Shown here: piece by piece, positions 57,883 through 64,000 of the stretch
Position numbering within the stretch: the first letter of the stretch is position 1
How the letters are laid out: each line of letters starts with the position of its first letter
From: an uncultured beta proteobacterium
GTDB lineage: Bacteria; Pseudomonadota; Gammaproteobacteria; Burkholderiales; Nitrosomonadaceae
Assembly (NCBI GenBank): GCA_963831395.1
Contig: CAWHQD010000031.1
Location: forward strand, 23,483 to 87,482
Reading direction: 5' to 3'
DNA: 64,000 nt
Translations under genes and position numbers: made by a program
The notes under the pieces: generated by a model
Told to the model about the DNA's origin: nothing
Seen by the model: only the letters and a program-made list of their open reading frames with translations
Database searches by the model: none

Positions 57883-59463
57883 ATGGCAGCAGTACACGAT
57901 CACGACGTTGCGCACGCCCACGACCATCATCCCAGCGGCATGATGCGCTGGATGATGACAACCAACCACAAAGACATCGGCACGATGTATCTGTGGTTCA
58001 GTTTCATCATGTTCCTGACGGGCGGGGTAATGGCCCTGACCATCCGGGCCGAGCTGTTCCAGCCCGGCCTGCAGGTTGTCAACCCCGAGTTTTTTAACCA
58101 GTTGACCACCATGCATGGCCTGATAATGATATTCGGCGCCATCATGCCGGCCTTTGTCGGCTTTGCCAACTGGCAGATACCGATGATGATCGGCGCCCCC
58201 GACATGGCTTTTGCCCGCATGAACAACTGGAGCTTCTGGTTGCTGCCGCCGGCGGCGCTGCTGCTGCTGAGCTCGTTCTTCGTACCGGGTGGCGCACCTG
58301 CCGGTGGCTGGACGATTTATCCTCCGCTGTCGGTACAAATGGGCATGGGGATGGATATGGCAATCTTCGCTATCCATATCATGGGCGCATCCTCCATCAT
58401 GGGTTCGATCAACATTATCACCACCATTCTCAACATGCGCGCGCCGGGCATGACCTTGATGAAAATGCCGATGTTCGTCTGGACCTGGCTGATCACCGCC
58501 TATCTGCTGGTGCTGGTGATGCCGGTGCTGGCGGGAGCGGTTACCATGTTGCTGACTGACCGCAATTTTGGCACCAACTTCTTCAATGCGGCAGGTGGTG
58601 GCGATCCGGTAATGTTCCAGCATATTTTCTGGTTCTTCGGCCATCCGGAAGTCTATATCATGATTTTGCCGGCATTCGGCATTGTCTCGGAAGTCATTCC
58701 GACTTTCGCGCGCAAGCCATTATTCGGCTATTCATCGATGGTTTACGCCACCGCTTCCATCGCCATTCTGTCCTGCATCGTCTGGGCGCATCACATGTTC
58801 ACCGCGGGCATGCCGGTCACCGGGCAGCTGTTTTTCATGTACGCGACCATGTTGATCGCAGTGCCGACCGGAGTGAAGGTGTTCAACTGGACCGCCACCA
58901 TGTGGCGCGGTTCCATGACTTTCGAAACCCCCATGCTGTTCGCCATCGGCTTCATTTTCCTGTTTACCATTGGCGGCTTCAGCGGTGTGGTATGCGCGGT
59001 AGTCCCTATTGATATTCAGGTGCAGGATACCTACTACGTGATTGCGCACTTCCACTATGTGCTGGTATCAGGCGCGCTATTTGGAATATTTAGCGGGGCT
59101 TACTACTGGCTGCCCAAATGGACCGGACATATGTATGACGAGACACTGGGCAAATGGCATTTCTGGCTGACCATGGTCTTTTTCAACCTCACCTTCTTTG
59201 TCCAGCACTTTTTGGGATTGGCGGGCATGCCGCGCCGTATTCCGGACTACGCGCTGCAGTTTGCGGATTTCAACATGATTTCCAGTATTGGCGCCTTCGG
59301 CTTCGGCCTGAGCCAGTTGCTGTTCCTCTATATTGTGCTGAAATGCATTCGTGGCGGCGCAAAAGCACCGGCCAACGTATGGGAAGGGGGCAAGACGCTG
59401 GAATGGACTCTTCCATCACCTGCGCCGTATCATAGCTTCGAAATCCCTCCGGTTGTCAGGTAA
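57883..59463 (+). CDS. coxA: Cytochrome c oxidase subunit I (A1 type)
   Basis: TNHKDIG, FGHPEVY, WAHHM, AHFHY, GMPRR. Confidence 0.98.
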   Translation: MAAVHDHDVAHAHDHHPSGMMRWMMTTNHKDIGTMYLWFSFIMFLTGGVMALTIRAELFQPGLQVVNPEFFNQLTTMHGLIMIFGAIMPAFVGFANWQIPMMIGAPDMAFARMNNWSFWLLPPAALLLLSSFFVPGGAPAGGWTIYPPLSVQMGMGMDMAIFAIHIMGASSIMGSINIITTILNMRAPGMTLMKMPMFVWTWLITAYLLVLVMPVLAGAVTMLLTDRNFGTNFFNAAGGGDPVMFQHIFWFFGHPEVYIMILPAFGIVSEVIPTFARKPLFGYSSMVYATASIAILSCIVWAHHMFTAGMPVTGQLFFMYATMLIAVPTGVKVFNWTATMWRGSMTFETPMLFAIGFIFLFTIGGFSGVVCAVVPIDIQVQDTYYVIAHFHYVLVSGALFGIFSGAYYWLPKWTGHMYDETLGKWHFWLTMVFFNLTFFVQHFLGLAGMPRRIPDYALQFADFNMISSIGAFGFGLSQLLFLYIVLKCIRGGAKAPANVWEGGKTLEWTLPSPAPYHSFEIPPVVR

Positions 59464-59475
59464 ACAGGGGTTGAT

Positions 59476-59580
59476 ATGAGGGAAAATGCAGAGAGAAGGC
59501 GCGGTGCAATCAGGACGGCCCTCTTTCTGCTGGCGATCGTGGTCGCAATTTTTGTTACCGTCATTGTGAAAAACTTGTGA
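59476..59580 (+). CDS. Small single-TM cytochrome oxidase-associated protein (34 aa, not in ORF track)
   Basis: MRENAERRRGAIRTALFLLAIVVAIFVTVIVKNL*; GGGG RBS; stop overlaps the ctaG start. Confidence 0.7.
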   Translation: MRENAERRRGAIRTALFLLAIVVAIFVTVIVKNL

Positions 59581-60137
59581 TGAATACAATCGAAGCCAAC
59601 TCTGTAGTAATGAAAAAGCTGCTGATTTTTACAGTAGTGATGTTTGCTTTCGGCTTTGCATTGGTCCCATTTTACGAAAAGATTTGCGAGGTCACGGGTC
59701 TCAACAACCTGTTGCAGGCAGATACACTGGCGGAGAACCCACAGGTTGACACCACCCGGTGGGTGACAGTAGAGCTGGACGCCAATACGCGCGGGTTGCC
59801 TTGGCAGTTCAAGCCTCTCCAATCCAGCTTGCGTGTGCATCCCGGTGAACTGGTGGAAGTGATGTACGAAGTTAAGAACAATTCCGATCGGGAGATAAAC
59901 GGTCAGGCAATCCCCAGCTACAGTCCGCAATTGCTTGCCAAGCATCTGAAGAAACTCGAGTGTTTTTGTTTCAGCAAGCAGGTATTGAAACCAAACGAGA
60001 CGCGACAGATGCCGGTTCAATTTGTGATTGAATCAGGTCTGCCGACGGACGTTAACACCGTTACCATTTCATACACGTTTTTTGAGCTTGGAGGCGGCAC
60101 CGCAGCGAATCTGGCTACCAAAGCGAATCAGAGTTGA
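59580..60137 (+). CDS. ctaG: Cytochrome c oxidase assembly protein CtaG/Cox11
   Basis: VPFY..ICEVTG, LPWQF.P, KLECFCF, TISYTFF. Confidence 0.95.
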   Translation: MNTIEANSVVMKKLLIFTVVMFAFGFALVPFYEKICEVTGLNNLLQADTLAENPQVDTTRWVTVELDANTRGLPWQFKPLQSSLRVHPGELVEVMYEVKNNSDREINGQAIPSYSPQLLAKHLKKLECFCFSKQVLKPNETRQMPVQFVIESGLPTDVNTVTISYTFFELGGGTAANLATKANQS

Positions 60138-60337
60138 AAGACAAAGAACCCACCAAGGCGACGTTTTGGCAAATAGCAAAAGCAGTATCGTGGGCTTTTT
60201 TCGGGGTGCGCAAAAAAAGCGATCTCGACATGGATGCGAGCATGTTGACGCCCAAGCAAGTGATCATTGGCGGGCTTGTAGGTGCGGCGATCTTTGTGGT
60301 GAGTTTGGTATTGCTGGTTAAATTAGTAACAAATTAG
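60134..60337 (+). CDS. DUF2970-like small membrane protein
   Basis: KAV.WAFFGVRK..D motif plus TM helix, between ctaG and coxC. Confidence 0.8.
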   Translation: MKDKEPTKATFWQIAKAVSWAFFGVRKKSDLDMDASMLTPKQVIIGGLVGAAIFVVSLVLLVKLVTN

Positions 60338-60367
60338 AGATTAATTAATATACGCAGGAGAAAGAGC

Positions 60368-61219
60368 ATGAGCCAAGAGGGGAGTCACTATTACGTTCCA
60401 GCGCCATCGACTTGGCCCATCACCGGGTCGATAGCGTTGTTATTCATGGGTTTCGGCGCGGCATTTTCAGTCAATAAGATGCCGCTGGGCTATGGCTTGC
60501 TGGCATTCGGTTTTGCCATACTCATTTATATGCTTTTCGGCTGGTTTGGTACCGTGGCGCGGGAAAGCGAAGGTGGCAAGTTCAATCAGCAGGTGGACAA
60601 ATCCTTCCGCTGGGGAATGAGCTGGTTCATCCTTTCCGAAGTCATGTTTTTTGCCGCCTTCTTCGGCGCCTTGTATTACATGCGGATATTTACTGTTCCC
60701 GAGCTTGGCGACCTGGAGCACAAGTCGCTCTGGCCCGATTTCACGGGAGAGTGGCCTACCGCCGGTCCCGGCATCACCGAGAAGTTCACGCCCATGGGAC
60801 CGTGGGGCCTACCGGCCATCAATACCGTCCTGCTGCTGACCTCGGGCGTGACGGTTACCTGGGCGCACTGGGCACTCAAGCTGAACAAGCGCGGGCAGCT
60901 CAAATTGGGCCTGTTTCTCACGTTTGCGCTGGGATTTCTCTTTGTCGGCCTGCAAGCATATGAATATGGGCATGCCTACTCCGAGCTTAACCTCAAGATG
61001 ACAAGCGGAGCCTATGGCGCAACCTTTTTCATGTTGACGGGCTTTCACGGCTTCCACGTGACCCTGGGCTCCATCATGCTGTTTGTGATTTACTGCCGCG
61101 TTCTGAAGGGCCACTTCACGCCCGAGAATCACTTTGGCTTTGAAGGGGTCGCCTGGTATTGGCACTTTGTGGACGTGGTCTGGCTGGGGTTATTTATCTT
61201 TGTTTACTGGTTGATATAA
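60368..61219 (+). CDS. coxC: Cytochrome c oxidase subunit III
   Basis: FILSEVMFF, LTGFHGFHV, WYWHFVDVVW. Confidence 0.97.
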   Translation: MSQEGSHYYVPAPSTWPITGSIALLFMGFGAAFSVNKMPLGYGLLAFGFAILIYMLFGWFGTVARESEGGKFNQQVDKSFRWGMSWFILSEVMFFAAFFGALYYMRIFTVPELGDLEHKSLWPDFTGEWPTAGPGITEKFTPMGPWGLPAINTVLLLTSGVTVTWAHWALKLNKRGQLKLGLFLTFALGFLFVGLQAYEYGHAYSELNLKMTSGAYGATFFMLTGFHGFHVTLGSIMLFVIYCRVLKGHFTPENHFGFEGVAWYWHFVDVVWLGLFIFVYWLI

Positions 61220-61256
61220 GGATCCAGGGTGCTTCTCATACCGCAGGGTCAGTGCA

Positions 61257-61451
61257 CTACTGACTCAGCGGTATGAAGCCGAAATAAGTGCCCAGCATTA
61301 ACAAGGCAAACAGAAGAACCGACAATCCAATACGCAGGGTCAACGATTTAACCGCGCGTGTACCGTGTCCCTTGTCCTTGATCAGGTAATACATGGCCGA
61401 TGCCAGACTGGCAAGGATGAAGAACATAAATAACGCGGCGAAGATTTTCAA
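61257..61451 (-). CDS. Twin-transmembrane helix small protein (DUF2909-like)
   Basis: SLASAMYYLIKD.G...R.VKSLTLRIGLS; usual antisense position in the cox cluster. Confidence 0.85.
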   Translation of the reverse strand: MKIFAALFMFFILASLASAMYYLIKDKGHGTRAVKSLTLRIGLSVLLFALLMLGTYFGFIPLSQ

Positions 61452-61511
61452 GATCGGTCCTGTAATTATCGGGTTCGGGAATAAGTTTAGCGGAGTTCTG
61501 CATACTATCCA

Positions 61512-62234
61512 ATGACTATTTTAGGCTGGCGGTTTACGCCGCGTTTATGGTCAACAATAGGTGCGGCAATTGTCATAACGATTATGTTGCAACTTGGCAA
61601 CTGGCAACTTTCTCGCGCTCAGGAAAAGGAATCGCGGCAGGAACAGCTTGACACTCGGTCGCGTGAACCGGCCGTAGCTCTGCCGGTCGTTCCAGTCAGG
61701 CTTGAAGATTTTCAGTATCGGCAGGTCGAGGCGCGCGGGAAGTATGTACCCGAACACACGATTTATCTTGATAATAAAATCTACAAGGGCTTGGCGGGTT
61801 ACCATGTAGTCACCCCGCTTAGAATCGGGACAAGCTCGATGCATGTTCTGGTAAATCGGGGTTGGGTAGTAGCAGATCGTGATCGTAGTAAACTGCCAGA
61901 CATACCTACCCCGGATGGCGAGGTGGTTATCTCGGGAATTGCAACGACAGCGATTCAGAAAACCCTGGAATTATCAGGGGAACTGGTATCAGGACAGGTC
62001 TGGGAAAATCTTGATCTCGATCGTTATCGAAGCGCCAGCGGCCTGGCGGTGCAACCGGTGATGATATTGCAAACGGACGATGTGAAGGATGGCCTGGTGC
62101 GTCAGTGGGCGCGCCCGGATTCAGGGTCCGGCAAAAACCTTGGTTATGCGTTTCAATGGTTCGCCATGGCGCTTGCCGTATTGATAATTTACTTGGTGTT
62201 AAGTGTCAAACGAGAGCACTCCCAACAAAAGTAG
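61512..62234 (+). CDS. SURF1 family protein
   Basis: LGNWQLSRA.EK, VLVNRGWV, GYAFQWF. Confidence 0.93.
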   Translation: MTILGWRFTPRLWSTIGAAIVITIMLQLGNWQLSRAQEKESRQEQLDTRSREPAVALPVVPVRLEDFQYRQVEARGKYVPEHTIYLDNKIYKGLAGYHVVTPLRIGTSSMHVLVNRGWVVADRDRSKLPDIPTPDGEVVISGIATTAIQKTLELSGELVSGQVWENLDLDRYRSASGLAVQPVMILQTDDVKDGLVRQWARPDSGSGKNLGYAFQWFAMALAVLIIYLVLSVKREHSQQK

Positions 62235-62808
62235 GCGGACGCTGATTTTATTGTTCGTATTGTTGTGCGCGCCTATTATCGTTTCCTACTTACTATTTTT
62301 CTGGAACGTACGGCCGGATACCGATAATTACGGCGACTTGCTTGAAGTTAAAACCCTGACGGGTAGCGCACTGAATCAAACTGACCAGACTATCTTCCGT
62401 ATCCGCCAGTTGCGGGGCAAGTGGGCTCTGATATCGGTGGATTCGGGAAAGTGTGACGAGCAATGCCGGCAGAAACTTTACTACATGCGTCAGGTACGCC
62501 TGATACAAAACGCGGAAAGGGAACGGATAGAGCGGGTATGGCTAATTGATGATGGAGAATTGCCCGCACCCGAAATCGTGAAGGAGTTCGAAGGTATGTG
62601 GTTTATCAACGCGAAAGATAGCGACTTGCTCCCGGCAATCCCGGGAAAAGCTTCGCAACGCGATCACATTTACCTGGTTGATCCGATTGGAAACCTCATG
62701 ATGCGTTTTCCCAAGGATCCGGATCCCAAAAAGATGTCAAAAGATATTAAACGTTTGCTCAAGGTATCCCAGCTGGAACACGCCATGGGGACCGATAAAA
62801 AGCACTGA
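62203..62808 (+). CDS. Cytochrome oxidase assembly-associated membrane protein (SCO/thioredoxin-like fold)
   Basis: N-terminal TM, NYG, LRGKW, CDEQC, YLVDPIGNLMMRF, KDIKRLLK. Confidence 0.75.
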   Translation: MSNESTPNKSRRTLILLFVLLCAPIIVSYLLFFWNVRPDTDNYGDLLEVKTLTGSALNQTDQTIFRIRQLRGKWALISVDSGKCDEQCRQKLYYMRQVRLIQNAERERIERVWLIDDGELPAPEIVKEFEGMWFINAKDSDLLPAIPGKASQRDHIYLVDPIGNLMMRFPKDPDPKKMSKDIKRLLKVSQLEHAMGTDKKH

Positions 62809-62942
62809 TCCATCGTGCTTGACGGAAATATTGATGTGAAAGCCGGTACCATGCAATAGCCGTCGGTTGTTTGGGCAATTGCTGTGATTCCACAATCGCT
62901 AATGCAGGCACATCGCCTGCGATGAACTAGGAGACTGACGTT

Positions 62943-63839
62943 ATGGCTACTTCGAGTATAGCCTGGCAGCAAACCGCCTCGCGCATGCAGCAATTTTACC
63001 GGCTGACCAAACCGAGAGTAGTATCGCTCATTGTTTTTACCGCGGTTATCGGCATGTTTCTCGCGGTTCCTGGGGCAGTTCCGCTAAACGCGCTGATATT
63101 TGGTACGGTGGGAATTGCGCTGGTGGCGGGCGCGGCTGCGGCGGTAAATTGTCTGGTAGAACAAAAGATCGATGCGATTATGTCCCGCACGCGCGGCAGG
63201 CCTTTACCGCGAGGCACGGTAACGTCGCCCGAAACCCTGTTTTTTCTGGCATTGATCGGTGGAACAGGCTTGCTGATGCTTCATCAGCTGGTCAACCCGC
63301 TGACAATGTGGCTGACATTGGGAACCTTTGTTGGTTACGCGATTATCTATACCGTGATACTGAAACCCAACACGCCGCAGAACATCGTCATAGGAGGTGC
63401 TTCCGGCGCCATGCCGCCTGTACTGGGGTGGGCTGCCGTGACAGGGGAAGTATCAGCAGACGCGTTGCTGCTCTTTCTCATAATCTTCGCATGGACGCCC
63501 CCTCACTTCTGGGCCCTGGCGCTCTATCGCAAGCTGGAGTACGCCAAGGTGGGCATGCCTATGCTACCTGTAACCCACGGTGACAAATTTACCCGTCTAC
63601 ATGTCCTGTTATACACGCTGATACTCATCGCCGTGACGCTAATGCCTTACGCCACGCAAATGAGTGGATTGATATATCTGGTGGGCGCTGTGGTGCTGGA
63701 TGCGGTATTTCTATACTATGCCGTCAAAATCTACCTGGATTATAGCGATGAGCTCGCGCGCAGAGCATTTCGCTATTCAATCCTCTACCTTGCCGCCTTG
63801 TTCGCTGTACTATTGATAGATCACTACATCCGCTTCTGA
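62943..63839 (+). CDS. ctaB: Protoheme IX farnesyltransferase (heme O synthase)
   Basis: [33 protein letters not shown]. Confidence 0.96.
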   Translation: MATSSIAWQQTASRMQQFYRLTKPRVVSLIVFTAVIGMFLAVPGAVPLNALIFGTVGIALVAGAAAAVNCLVEQKIDAIMSRTRGRPLPRGTVTSPETLFFLALIGGTGLLMLHQLVNPLTMWLTLGTFVGYAIIYTVILKPNTPQNIVIGGASGAMPPVLGWAAVTGEVSADALLLFLIIFAWTPPHFWALALYRKLEYAKVGMPMLPVTHGDKFTRLHVLLYTLILIAVTLMPYATQMSGLIYLVGAVVLDAVFLYYAVKIYLDYSDELARRAFRYSILYLAALFAVLLIDHYIRF

Positions 63840-63849
63840 GTGGTCGCGT

Positions 63850-64000
63850 GTGAAACATCGGACATTTAATGCATTTGTGATATCGGCGGCGCTTGTTTTT
63901 CTGGCGCCGCTCCTTCTGACGGCGTGTGGCGATACGTCGAAGCCAAAGCCGGAATTTCTCTCAACGGATGTCAGTGGCGTCAACTTCGGTGAGGACTTCC
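63850..64000 (+). CDS. SCO family lipoprotein, N-terminal part (runs off window)
   Basis: GTG start, hydrophobic stretch with lipobox LTAC, then FLSTDVSGVNFGEDF typical of betaproteobacterial SCO; follows ctaB. Confidence 0.7.
   Translation, partial: MKHRTFNAFVISAALVFLAPLLLTACGDTSKPKPEFLSTDVSGVNFGEDF

Noticed and set aside
56880-57884. 334-aa antisense ORF over coxB (also the long antisense ORFs over pnp, amoC, xerC, coxA and trpD)
   Set aside because: Shadow ORFs from strong GC3 codon bias of well-supported genes on the opposite strand; no recognisable motifs.
62808-62943. No ctaA (heme A synthase) between the assembly gene and ctaB
   Set aside because: No remnant visible; the gene may simply lie elsewhere in the genome.

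Overview
Chromosomal window from a betaproteobacterial ammonia oxidiser, almost certainly Nitrosospira (diagnostic AmoC). In order: three T2SS pseudopilin genes, trpG-trpD-trpC, a porin, a hopanoid cluster (hpnH, hpnM, hpnN, mlaA/vacJ, shc, hpnG-like), rpsO-pnp, dksA, and an MNIO (DUF692/DUF2063) RiPP locus with two secreted precursors. One precursor has three GEGKC repeats; the other has a single GEGRC fused to two EF-hands. Next come a methyltransferase, an HI0933-family flavoprotein, rhlE with a structured leader, dapF-DUF484-xerC-hslVU, metK-(SAH riboswitch)-ahcY-metF and an alanine-glyoxylate aminotransferase. A ~12.8 kb accessory region (35.1-47.9 kb) holds an IS200/IS605-like end, an RND pump, a ligD remnant, a carotenoid oxygenase, an outer-membrane barrel, a ParD remnant and a diverged duplicate of the ftsK promoter/5' end. 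The window ends with ftsK, a lone amoC with a sigma-E-like promoter between ftsK and lolA, lolA-rarA-serS, a redoxin and the aa3 cytochrome c oxidase cluster. Several genes are split by single-base indels, mostly +1, which most likely are sequencing errors. All calls are by eye from motifs; no database searches were run.
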